From NCBI GenBank assembly GCA_001662655.1, contig KV460270.1: a stretch of DNA of 31,429 nucleotides. The stretch is one strand, 5' to 3'. The notes below the pieces were generated by a model. The model saw nothing but the letters and a program-made list of their open reading frames with translations. It was not told the DNA's origin and did not search any database. This document shows, in pieces, positions 11,084 through 23,208 of the stretch (its first letter is position 1; the number at the start of each line of letters is the position of its first letter). The position numbers and the translations under genes are program-made. The stretch comes from Pseudogymnoascus verrucosus. Its lineage: Eukaryota.

Positions 11084-13938
11084 CTATGCACCAACGCCAG
11101 GTACTGCAACTTTCATCCTCCCTCCTACCAAACCACGTCTGTTCCTCCCAGTACGCCCTCGTCCGAGCCAGTTCAGCTTCAATGCCTTACACAGACGATC
11201 CATCTTATCCTGCGCCACTTCATCCTCTACCAAAGCCGTACTATATCCTCTTGCTCTTCCGCCAGTTCCAGTGTTTGTAGGCGTTGCCTGTTTCTGTACC
11301 TTGACCTCGCTACCATCTCCTGCAATGATGCCCACTGCAGCGAGAACACTCATGCATTGCAGCATCCTACCTACTGTCTCGGTAACGTGCTTGGAATCTT
11401 CTGCATTAACTTCTCTCTGACTTGTCGTTGCACCTATCGTGCTTCCTGATGAGCCCAAACCGCTACCTGAGAGCATAGGGCTGGGTGCAAACGGTCTCAT
11501 GGACTGTGCATATACGGCTTCTCGTTGGTCACTGCCGAAGCTAACATTGCTGACACCGCGGCTTCGTGCGCCTACGCTGTCACTGCCTGCCCCACTGCCG
11601 TTCAATAGTGTTGTGGATTGCGAGCCGAACGACGAGAAGGCAGGGTCAAGAGACATTGCAGTCCCTGGCCGGACATCTGGCGGAGAGGTGGACAGTGAGG
11701 ATGGGAGTATTGGTGACTGCGAATACGACGCCTGGGAAGGGAAGTTGATACTCTCCAAGCTCAGTCGAGAGAATAGTGTCTGCAGAATCTCGAAGCGCGG
11801 AAGAATCACTACGTCTCTATAGGTGGTGAGAACCAGGCGACGGATAGAGAGCAGAAAATGTGCCGGTACTGGCGTCGGGTTGCTGCCGCCGTGGGATAGA
11901 CTTGATATCGGCAAGGCCCCCCAGAACTCCCTAGCAGCTGTTTTGCTCATCAAGGGCCCGCATCCTTCAAACTCGAGATCAAGGGGTAGAAAGACTGATT
12001 GTAGGTTAGGGAGTACAGACGTGAAAACGAAGAGCCACATTTCGACAAGGCGCGGGATTAATCGATCGTCAGTAGTTGCACGTAGTGTGGCATCGATAGA
12101 TAGGAATCCTGTGGCGAGCAGATCGCGGATATCATCTATAATAAGATTCGGGGCTCGCTTCACGATGCAGCGTTGAATATGTATTCTGCATTGAATAGGT
12201 TAGACATGATCCAGAAGGTAGTAAGGATCACTTACGAGACAAGTCGATTGAAATCCTCGACTGGTAGTTTCAAGTCCTCTCCTTGGAATACAGCAAATAT
12301 CTTGCTTTTCAAAAGTGGCCACGCATCATCAGGGCCCATATTATTCAGCCCATACCTGGCCAAGTCTGGTATATCTCCCCCATATATGCTGGCCGGGTAG
12401 GCCGATGGTGGCAACCCTGCATAAGGCAACAACGCGGCTGTAGAACTCATAGACGACGCGCCAACCCAGTCGCTGGTGGCTTCGCTCTCCCTTAACGCGG
12501 ACTCCTGAAAGCTGTGGTTGGCTGCGCTCTTTTCTTCTCTTTTCTTTTCACGTAGGGCACGGCCACCATGGCGGAGGTCGAGGCCACTCATTGACTTGCT
12601 AAAACTCGTCGCTGTTGGACCCGGGCTAGGGGGGAGGTTGAAATTGTAAAAGCTGCTCGGCGCGTTCGGGTCTACAGGCCGCGAATTTGAGTTCGCAGAT
12701 GATAATGGCAGGTGGTGGTCATCCTTCCCACTTAGCTTCTGTTTTTGTCGTGACAGAAAGTGGTGGTGCTTCTTTTCCTTTCCTGGCTCCTTCTCGGCCA
12801 CAGAGGTGTCGATAGGGCGAATAGTAGCACTGCTAGAGTTTGCAAGACTGTATATACTACTCGCGCCACTCATATTGGAATCCGCCAGGCTGTGAGTACT
12901 CATGTTGCCTCTCTGGGGCTGATGGGTGCCGAAACCCAACTTGCTCGGACTGCCCATCTGCTTATCCTTGCTCTCTTTCTCCTTCCCAAGTCCACTTAAC
13001 TTCCCCGGTCGCGAAAAGAGCTTAACTTTGCTTTTTTCTGCCTTTGCTGGCTTCTCAGGCTCCTTAAATTGTTGCTGTTGCTGTTGTTGCATAGACTCAA
13101 CAGTCGCAAGGTTCGGGCTTGTCTGCGGGCTCCTTGCAAACACCACATTTGCGGCTGTCGTGGCCGCATTCACAGTGCCACCAAGAAGGCCATTGCGATA
13201 CACCTGCCCGCCATGGACAACTCCTTGCCCGGCCGGAGGTGCACCAAAGCCATTCTGACGCTCCCCAGATGCCTCCGTCAAACTCAACAGCGGTGGACTC
13301 ACAGGCCCACGTGATGGTCGCCTTTGTCCGCCGTATACATTCTCTACCGGTAGGGTCTGGCTGCGCCTCCGCTGGTGGTTCTGATGCTGCATAGCAGCTT
13401 GGGCGGCGATCTGGCTTGCGCTCAGAGCCTGTTGCGGAGACTGGGCAGGATCCATTATGGCGGAGCTGCCACCAGGATTGGGGCTGGGAATAGAGATTGT
13501 TGGTATGGTGGGTTCAAAGAAGCCCTGAGTATGTGCGTGTTTCCGTTGGTGCACGCGAACTTCGCCCGTTGATGGGATGTGTGGTTGTCGTGGTGAAGAC
13601 TCGGAATGAAATGGCGGAACCGGTGGCTGTATAACTAAATTGGATTCCCGGTAGGGGTAGCTCAGATTGCCCGCCTTTGAAATCGGACTTTGGAATGAAG
13701 TGTCGTGAAAGGCGTAAGACTGGGTCGGAGGCCACTCGGGCGATGCATCCTGAGGATTGTCCGCGCTGTATGTAGAACGCCCAGTTGCTGGCGAGGCGAG
13801 CTCCAAATCAGTAGATTCTACTCTACGGATTTGTTGGCGCGTTTGCTGTGACGAGAGAGAGAGCGAGGATGAGGTTGTCATGGGATTGAAAGCTCCAGGT
13901 ACTCGCTGGCCTGTGCTTGATGAGGCTGACGGTTGCAT
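11084..13938 (-). CDS. HbrB/Bit61 (PRR5/Protor-like) TORC2-associated protein, 2 exons: 13938-12236, 12185-11084 (~934 aa)
   Basis: HbrB-domain-like DDAWPLLKSKIFAVFQGEDLKLPVEDFNRLV-SIHIQRC..IDDIRDLLATGF..LVEMWLFVFTSVLPNLQSVFLPL..YRDVVILPR..RMLQCMSVL..LKLNWLGRGRTGRNRRG. Intron 12186-12235 (GTAAGT..CTAAC..CAG). Confidence 0.85.
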
Positions 13939-14448
13939 TATGCGCGTTGTCTCGGACGGACATGGGCATGGGTTGGAAGGACGAGATAGTGGGGTAGTAG
14001 TGCTAGGCCACTACGAGACAGTATTTGACATCAGCATAGTCGAGTATAGCGGATGCTGAAAGTATAAAGAATCAGCTCTTTAGATGTTATCGTCGGCGAC
14101 ATAGAATATGAAGCAAGGGAAGGGAAGGGTGGCGCAAGGAGAATTCAACCAACGGATGTGTACAAACAAACCACAGAGGTTCTTGGATCTTGGATCTTAG
14201 TCCTTACTTAGTTCTTGGTTCTGGGACATGGTTCGAGTCGGAGTAATCGGGCCAACTACAGCGAAGAGTTAAGTACCCCACTACCCACCAGCCCACTTTA
14301 CTCGACTCTGTGTAGTAAATACAGTAAATGCAGTAAATACACCCCTCATTTGTAACAACAGCTTCCGACGACACCAACATAAATGTACGATATACATACA
14401 TACAGCTGTTAATATTCTCAGACAACCTTCACAGACAAGCAGCTCGCA

Positions 14449-14751
14449 ATGGCAGACTCATCCCAGACCCTTCGTGCCACTTATAACTCTCCAACAAACC
14501 CGACCTTCTCACACACCGCCGAAATACCGTTCTCAACCTCAAATACCACCTCCGAACGCACCGGTTACCTCTCTGCCCTCCGAAGTGAAACCAGCAAACT
14601 GCAAGACCTGATCAATGCAGAGCTGACGGCCCGAATGGAGAATGATAAGGCTCAGCAAGCCTCTGACTTGGCTGCATCGGCCAGGAAGGGCGTAGTTGAC
14701 GAGATCGCAGAAGAGGAGAACTACGGCGAGGAAGTCATGGAGGAGGATTAA
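14449..14751 (+). CDS. GON7: EKC/KEOPS complex subunit Gon7-like, 100 aa
   Basis: Small acidic protein with LRATYNSP..YLSALRSETSKLQDLINAELTARMENDK..DEIAEEENYGEE, which matches the fungal Gon7 pattern. Confidence 0.82.
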   Translation: MADSSQTLRATYNSPTNPTFSHTAEIPFSTSNTTSERTGYLSALRSETSKLQDLINAELTARMENDKAQQASDLAASARKGVVDEIAEEENYGEEVMEED

Positions 14752-14862
14752 AAGCAGTTCACTCCGTCTCATGCATACGCATACTTGTCTTCAATTCGGC
14801 ATGGCATTATCTCTGCTCTTGCTCGGCGATTCACTATATACCCTATACAATAACGCACCGCG

Positions 14863-17800
14863 TCATGAAACTGTTCTATTGAGGCCGCGCGCAGCACTTC
14901 CTCCATTCCTCTTCAAAGAACCCAGCCCGCCGTCAGGGTTCACACCCCGTTGCACCGCACGCTTCGAGCAAGCATAATGAACAACCGTGTTGTCCGGCAG
15001 CACAGAGACAACACTGCGACCCAGGCGCTTGTGACACACCCCGCACACCCGTTCTTCACCAACAACAACATGACGGTTTCTACCACTGCCAGTTCCGACT
15101 GCATTGAAAGAACCACTCGAGTCTGCTCTTCCACCGCTCTCGTCATCCTCTCCCAGGAGAAGACATGCTTGAGCCCTGACCACCTCGGATTTCCTCAGGC
15201 CAGTGACAACTCGTGCCTCGTTTACAACCGAATTCGCAGCACGTATCCGACCACAGAAGTAGCTTTCCAAATCTTTAACCAGAAGGTTGGCGGGGATTAA
15301 TGTTAATGTGTTTGATGCGGGAAGCCTCGAGCCATGCTTGGAAAGGAGATCAAGCGCTGGCACCCAGTTTGGCTCTTGGGGTGGTGGAGGTGTGAGATAC
15401 AGTGATAGGAGGGTATGGTATATTGATGGCGAGGAGTCGGTGGAATTTGACGTCGATTCAAGACGGTTGGTAGATGAGTCGGAAGATTCAGACTGGAGGT
15501 AAACAGAATTACAGTAACTAAACGTATCGAATGAGATTAGTTATTAAAGGGAGGGAAGGAGTCAATCACATACTTTTCAGCCTTTTCGAAATCCTTTATT
15601 TTAAATACGTAGATCTCCAAAGCTTGCTTGTGCTGCTCCATGCTGCTGAGAACTACAGCTTGGGCCTCGTAGAAGTCAGGGTCTGCTTTTTAATTAGTAC
15701 CATGTTTGAATTATGCTCGTGGTTACGTACCATCGCGGGGTATTGATCCAAATGCCTTCAAAGGAGAGTACTGTTTACTCAAACGTAAGAAGGCAAGACA
15801 CTGCTGCATTAGAGTCTTCCAGCTCTCGGAATCTCTGTCCTTTCGACTTGACAACCCCTGTATGTACGCATTGGCGAGCCGGTTGTGAAAGCTTGGTGTG
15901 AGGTCATTGAGTTCATTGATCACATGCTCCAGATACTTTACAACGAGGCTGGTATCAATACCTTCCAGGAAATCCACGACTTTATCTCGCGGCAAGGTCT
16001 CCGCATTCTCGGTATCCGCAAGAAAGACCTCCATTCCGAGATCCGGGTCAGTTCGTAGCGGCCATTCGGCAAACTCAAGGATGAGATCAATTGCATCGGG
16101 CTGCAAATTCTGGAGGTATCCAACAGTCCTTTGAGGCCCTTGAAGAGTAGGACCCGGTTCTTCTGATGTTTCGGCCTCCCCGAACCTCTTTAGAAGTTCT
16201 AGAGCCTCTCGGTGTAGTTTTTTTCCGTGGAAGAAGTCCACAAGGTCGTTGTAGCGGTTATTTTCAAGTAATTTCTCATTAACCACATCCGGTTCACAAA
16301 AGTTGGGCAGACGAAATAGTGACCCAGCGAGAGAAGGCTGGACGAGCATATATGATCTGAAAAGAGTCGTATCCACCAGCTTGGCAGTCTCAATCAGTTT
16401 CTGCTCGATCTCGGTGTCTTCTGAGGAAGAAGGGGACACAAGTAGAGACTCGAATGCCGCCTTAGAAGTCCCATTCTGAGCACTGGCTGGATGGATTTTC
16501 AATCCCCCGCCCCCCGGTTCAATAAATCGTTGTAGACGGGTTCGAGTATCGACCAGGAACGCGTTGAGCTCACGGACAGCAGATACCAAATCCTTCCCTT
16601 CCAGTGGGCCATCTTCTGCTTGCTTGGTCTTAACGCTTGCAGTTTCGCTACTGTCAGAGTCGCCCTTTTGGCCAGGCTTAAGGGACGTTATTGATGCGGT
16701 GTCGGAGGGAGTTTTTTTGTGCTGTTTCATAAAACTATTAACAAAGCCTTTCATGGGTGATCCCACGGTTGATAGATCTGCTGCTTGGTCGTCTTGACCT
16801 TTACCATCCTCATCGTGGTCACCCTCGCCTTCAGGCTCCTCAGGATCAGGGATAGTAGACAGGCTCCCGGCGATGACTTTGGGATACAGCCGAATGACTC
16901 TTTCTGGGGGCGCAGATACTTCTGTAAAGAGTCCAAGGGCAGCACGATATTTTCGTTGGTCAAATAGGAGCTGCGCCTTCTGCATTTTTATCTCTCGTAA
17001 ACGTCCCTCTTTATCTTGTAGGAGAGCATCCTCCAGAGTGTCCAGAATCGTAATCGCTTCATCATATTGGCCGCCGTCAACCAACTCAGTGATTTGAGAA
17101 TCGTAATCCGTAGCTTCCATTCTCCAGATGCATCGTTCACTGGCCACATGGAACCCTTTGCCAGCATGTGAAAGGCTTACTGTTGGCGGGGGAAAGTGCA
17201 ATATACTCGCGCTCTGCAAACTCACTTGCTGGAGGACCGATAGGGTCTCGGGGTTTCGTATTTCAAGGACCCCCTTTAATGCCGGCTGTAGCGACAGCAA
17301 ATACGGATAGGAATATCCTATTGACTCTGGCGCTTGCTGCCACGGGATTTGCCTCTTTTCAAGTGGCTTTCCGGATGTATCTGTAAATAAGGAGTTGATA
17401 TCCTTGGCCAACAATATTTCACCATCTCTAAGGCGAGTGATGAGAGGTTTGGGCGTGTATCCGCCGAGGCCCATGTATCCCATACTGGTCGACCCAACAC
17501 CCCCGAATCGGCCAACATCAGAGGCTCCGGGGCCACCGATAGCTCCCGGTCCCACAATGTCTTCGATTTCCTGGCTAAGGATATCAACAATTACGTATCC
17601 AGTGTTCATACCACATATTATTTTTGTCGCAGATGCCCAACTCAGTGTACGAATAGAGGCAGCAAGAGTGATCTCGACAATGTCTGGCGACAGCTCCGAT
17701 TCGTGCCATGACCATACGAGGAGTCGCCGTTTCACAGCAACACCTAGTCTAGATATGATCTCAGGTATTCCGGTGGTGGTATCCTTCACGATATTTGACG

Positions 17801-18255
17801 TGATCGCGAAGGTTGTGGCGTTCTTAGTCTTCGGAAGTTGCTCCTGAAGCTCATATGTTTTCAGGTCGTGGATGGAGACGACGTAGTTCGAAAGGGAAAT
17901 AAGTATGTTGGCCTCTTTAATTCTTGACAACTGCTCAATTGCCCTTGGTGAGAACTTCTCCAGCTCACGAAGGAGGTCTACCGGTTTTGCGGTCGAGGGC
18001 GCCGTAGGCTCCCCCGAACTGGGTCCCTCTCCATTGTGGTTTTGGACGTCGACTGTAGGCTCGTTCACCCGATATATTCGAAGGCTGCCGGTACTTAGTC
18101 CAACTATTAACCTGTCACCTATCGATATGTTAGTAACATATAGATATGGGGGGGGTTATCAGGTAGTCCCAACCATATGCGAGTATGGATTCGATTTTCG
18201 ACTTATCTCGTGCCTTGAGCTCGACTATAGGCCGAGCTATAAAGGCGGATAGCAT
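14863..18255 (-). CDS. VAM6: Vam6/Vps39 HOPS subunit (CNH, Vps39_1 and Vps39_2 domains), 4 exons: 18255-18174, 18118-15731, 15682-15574, 15517-14863 (~1077 aa)
   Basis: MLSAFIARPIVELK..ESILAYGDRLIVGL; LVDTTLFRSYM..SLFRLPNFCEPDVV..DFFHGKKLHREALELL; C-terminal CGVCHKRLG..VHYAC. GT-AG introns 18119-18173, 15683-15730 and 15518-15573 maintain frame. Confidence 0.93.
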
Positions 18256-19245
18256 GGCGTTATGCCAGCCTTTAGACACTTGATATAGACGCCCAGCAGC
18301 ACGATCATCGAAAGTATACGGTTATTGTTGCTGTATCATGGTGAGTATGTTTCTGTTTGTTTATGGCGAGGCGCAAAGGTACACTCCTTATCGTTGGGAA
18401 GCTCCAATGACGTTGCCGAGGCGAATGGGACGCTGGCGAGACCCGCCATACGCTAACCAGGATTAATCCTAATTAAGCTCTATCACCCTGTGCCAACACC
18501 TGGTTTCACCGAGACTTGAACAATATTAAACTGGCTATCGATCATAGCCTTCGGGCGTTCTTTTTGAATTTATCAGGTTTTCCCGCCTCGATAACATTAC
18601 TTCTCATATCCTTTGCACATAAGTATCCGCGTTTTAAGAATATTACTACAAGACAAGCTGAATCGATGTGTGTTTTCATTTAGGTTGAGATACCAGACCA
18701 ACTCGTTGAAATACGTTAGAGCGAGCCAAACTAAAAGCTGCTCTTGCCAGGCTCAAAGTAGACAATTATCAAAAGCAAACAAATATCACGAGATGGAGTG
18801 TCAAACTCATAAACAATCAGATGGTATAAAGGTGCCTAATCTCGAGTCAATCGCTTATGGTCAGATCTAAACCATGTTAACAGTGATGTTGCCACGCTAC
18901 TAATCCATAATTATTGCGATGAGAGCGATGGGATATCTGCGCGTGTTCTCTCTTCGACCTGGCCCAAGTCCAGATGCAACCGATTATCCTTTCCATTTCC
19001 GCCAACGCCAGCTGTCTTGCCCAAGCCCATAGCAGCCCTAATCGGTGATATACAAACAATATAAGCGCCAAGTAGCCACACCATCGCCATCCGTCTGAGC
19101 CAACCCAAACAAACAGAGACCAAATAAAACGCCTGTGCCGCACCTGTATATCAATCATTTGCCACATCTCCGCCCGCAATCTCTAACAATGAGCCGCTAC
19201 TGCCCATGAAGCTATTGCTATCCGCGCTCTGACTTCGCCCGCACA

Positions 19246-21848
19246 TCATGCAGGTCCCCCTTTTTGTCTCTTTCCACCAATCCGAGGACTGGGTTTAACC
19301 TTGCTGCCAGTATTTGCTACCTGGCCTTGAGTTTGACCCCCGGCCTGACCCACACCCCCTTGTTTTCCTGCCGCAGCGCCATTAATATGACTCATCTCCT
19401 CACTGGGCCTCCTGCGTTTGTTGCTGGTATTCGGACTTGTATTTGCAGATACCCCACTGCTACTTCCTTGCTGGGACTGCTGTAATGCCATTGCTGTAGG
19501 CTGCATATTCCCGGACCCCATGTTCATATTTTGCATTGGGTTTGTACCATCCGGTAGCGAAATCTGAGCCGCCGCTGGGCTCGATAGTGTAAATGCGTTT
19601 AAAGATGGGGTCCTTGATCCCGGAGGGAGGGTAGATGGGTTTAGGGAAGCAGCTTGCGAGACGTGCGCAACGTATTGATCAAGGGCAGAGTAAGGAGCAA
19701 GAGACGAATGTTGATGCGAATAGGAGAAGAGGGGGTTCATCTGACCCATGACTTCTGCCAACTGCTTACTCTTAGTACATGGTTGTAAACGCGAATGACA
19801 TCGACTTACCTCGAGGAAGCGGAAGACACTGGGTGTGATGCCCATATTCAATTTAACTTTTGAATCCGGGATATCTATGTCTGGCGGTTGACTGGGTGGT
19901 GATTTCAACGGCCTTGCTTTCCCCTTCTTGTTAATTTCTGGAGATTGTTTACCATCAGCTGGCGCATTTATTTTTTGCCAGTCTTTCTGCCATTCGTGGA
20001 GTGGCCGTGCTGCATCGACTACCTTGGTTCGTGGGAGGTATTCTTCGTGGTTGTTGGTTTCAAACTCTAATAGTTCAATCATCTGGTTGGCATCGAACTG
20101 AGCCTTCAGCTTTCCATTGGCAACCAACTAGATTTGATTAGACCCATAGGAACACCGAATTCAACCCGATTTGTTTGCACTTACTTGTGAGCCGTTCTCG
20201 AACCAATAAATGAAACTCGACTTCTCACTCGAGATATAATTGCAGTGATTTGGGAGCTCCTTTTCGGTCCCCTTTTCCATAATCAACTGCATATTCTTCA
20301 CCCCACTCTCAAAATGTGTACAAAAGTACCTCGCCAGCGCTGGAAAAGTGATCTCATACTGCTTCGTAGTTTGCTCGTCGACAATCCACACTGAATGGCG
20401 CAACACCCCTATAGGAGAGAAAAAAGTCTCCACAAAGTTGGTCCAGTAACTGAGATCGCTCTGTTGTTTAGTTGCCTGCGCGTTCAGTTTAATAAGTTGA
20501 TTAAGTTCAATATATGGTTGGTTTCCACTTACCACAAACTGGCTGAGGTGATCGCCGAATTGCATCAGTCTCAGTAGGCATTGGCCTTTTAGCATTTGAT
20601 TCCGTGGTCGAGCTTGCATCATTGCCGCCGCCGCTGCTGCCTGTTGCTGCTGCTGTTGTTGTTGCTGCTGTTGCTGTTGTTGCTGCTGCTGCAGCTGCAG
20701 CTGCTGAGGTGGAGGTTGCTGCTGCTGTGTCGGAGGCTGCTGCTGCTGCTGTTGTTGCTGAGGTTGAGGCCCCTGTTGATTCTGCGGGGCTGGGGTTTGA
20801 GGTTGCTGGGCTGCTGCTGCGGCTGCGGCTGCGGCTGCGGCTTGTTGTTGCTGCTGATGCTGTTGCTGCTGCTGCTGCTGGTGTTGTTGTTGCTGGTGTT
20901 GTTGTTGCTGGTGCTGCTGTTGCTGCTGGTGTTGTTGTTGCTGGTGTGCATGTTGCTGCTGCTGAGCTGCGGCTATTTGGAGACTTTGAAGTTGCTGGGG
21001 GTTCATTTGGCTAGGTTGGCCTTGACCTCCGTTGTGAGCCCCCGAGTTTTGCAACTGCTGCATGGCTAGGAGCTGCTATAGCACGAATTCATGTTAGCTG
21101 TTGCGCTTAATTTTTTCGCAGTATGTAAAAGAACAGGTTACATGCCTGGTGCTGTTGGTGCTGCTGCACTTGGGCCTGCTGTTGTTCCAAGGCTTGCGCC
21201 TGTTGCTGTTGTTGCTGAAGGTGTTGAGGGAGCGGAACCGGTTGCATCCCTCTCGGGACAGCCTGGCGCATTGCAGCAAATTGCGCAGCATTTAAGCCAG
21301 GGCTCATCCCGTTCACCATATTCATTGGCATGCCGCTATTATACTGCTGGGCCATCATCGCGTTTCGGGCGGCTTGCGCCTGGCGCGCTTGGTTCTGCTG
21401 CTGGAGAAGGTGTTGTTGTGCCATTTGCTGCATTTGCGGGGTGGCAACTGTGACGCACATTAGCTTGACAGTCTTTCTCTGCGGTGACTTGTAAGGGAGT
21501 CGCGGTGTCTGGAAATCAAAGGGTAGACGTACAGGCCATCTGCGGCTGTTGTTGTTGCTGTTGATACATGGCTTGGCTTGGTGTTAAATGCTGTAAAGCG
21601 TGCGCATTCGGTCCACCAGGACCATTGACCCCCGGAGACATACCAGACATCATTGTCCCTGGTTGACTGACTTGTGGAACTCCTGGCCCAGAAACACCCA
21701 TATGGAAGGCTTGTTGAGGCATTCCAGGACCCGGTGGACCGCCTTGCTGGGTGTGCACTCCGGCCATCTGATGCCCCTGTGCAACTCCTGGATGCTGTGG
21801 CAATCCAGTCGGATGTGGAGAGTACGATTGCGCGACGCTCGTCATCAT
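19246..21848 (-). CDS. MFG1: LIM-domain-binding (LDB/SEUSS-like) transcriptional co-regulator Mfg1/PtaB, 6 exons: 21848-21533, 21447-21146, 21075-20533, 20475-20185, 20127-19810, 19761-19246 (~761 aa)
   Basis: Q-rich N-terminus, then LIM_bind-like CLLRLMQFGDHLS..DLSYWTNFVETFFSP..KQYEITFPALARYF..SSFIYWFENGSQLVANG..IELLEF..HEEYLPR..GITPSVFRFLELAEVMGQMNPLFSYS, and a basic C-terminal tail (KPSPRIGGKRQK). Confidence 0.88.
20624..20966 (-). repeat. CAG/CAA trinucleotide-rich tract encoding polyQ, QQQQH units and polyA within mfg1 exon 3
   Basis: Runs of tgc/tgt/ttg and gcggct on the + strand. The translation gives runs such as QQQQHQQQQQHQQQQH, AAAAAAAAAAA and Q17. Confidence 0.95.
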
Positions 21849-23208
21849 TGTGGTTCCCACTGCGCGCCCGTGAACGGAGACCCTCTTGATGTCCTGAAGG
21901 CGATCCGACGATGCGAATAGATTGTCTCACGTGACATGTGGCTGGAGTGGTAAGTGGCTCCAGGCACGTCCTAGTGATTTTTAAGCGAGTTTTGATGGGA
22001 CCAAATATAAATCGTCCTTGCCGCAGATAATTTTTCTTTCTACTACCACAACCAATTCTGTTCAGCATCATCCAGTACCATAACTGGAACTGGTGTCAAG
22101 CATGTGAGGCTATCCAATCGTCGTCTGAGCTACGGGTATGTGATCTTTTTATACCTCGCCCTTCCCTTTTTCCTTATGATCTGGAATGATGAGAGCAATA
22201 TTATATTGTCTTCTTTCCCAGAATTAATCGACCATGATTAAAACATTGGGTCTTCCAGACATGGTTGACCTGCTACTTGCCAGTACATTCTGTCTGACCC
22301 AGATCAACAATTCATCTGCAATTGTTCAACCATATCATCTTGCTTGGGCTTACCAGGTAACTAACTTGGAAACAGTACAGTATTTTTTCTATTGCGAATC
22401 CAAACTTGCTACGACCCTAGAGCAATTTTTTACAAAATTCCTTCGAATATATCCAATCGGGGTTCTATACCCTTCTTGAGGTTGCCTGTACCTCGATGCG
22501 GTTGCTCTCGAATTCCATAATGGACGCAAAAGGTTAGTGATACGAAGTTTTATTCTGTTATATTCCCTACCATGTCATGATGAAAACCGTACCACATTCG
22601 CAGTTTCTACTCGAGCTTCATTTGAACCTATTTCGAAGCAGATGAGGGGCATTTCTTCCTTGGATGTCTGAACATGAACAACATAACCATTGTTTCAAAA
22701 AGTGTCTAGATGGATCAGTTTCACTAACAGCACACTAGGCTTCTCGCTCTATTTGCAGTATTTTCACTGTTGGTTCATCTGCCACAGTGACGAAGCTCCA
22801 TTCGAATACAGGTAGGAAATTTCTTTGGGTCTCGCCTTCATTGTAGAATTCACTTGCCAAACACTCTGGCCCTTACCTCCTTTCCTTCGTGGATCGGTTC
22901 AACCTATGGTATAGGCCTATTTTTGCGTGCAAGAAGACCAATGCACAGATTACTCACCGCGACGTCCAGCCTTCGTGGCAAAATGGGCGTAGAGGTCCTT
23001 TCATACTATTGCCAACATGCCTTTTTTATCCTGCAAATTGCTATATCGGTTTCTCGACTGGAAACGTGAAGCAAGTTGTAGAATTATTAGATTATCAACA
23101 TATTTACAATATTTTAATTGAATCTACTCTGAAGTTATCACTATATAAGCTGTACAATACTATTTATTGGCTTTGGCATTGAAATGATACATCCTTCCTC
23201 CCTTGCTT

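Noticed and set aside
20596..21069. + strand poly-Leu and poly-Ala/Val ORFs
   Set aside because: These are antisense shadows of the CAG/CAA tract of mfg1.
21460..22071. 203-aa minus-strand ORF overlapping mfg1 exon 1
   Set aside because: It is an alternative frame across the 5' region, exon and intron, with no recognisable motif.
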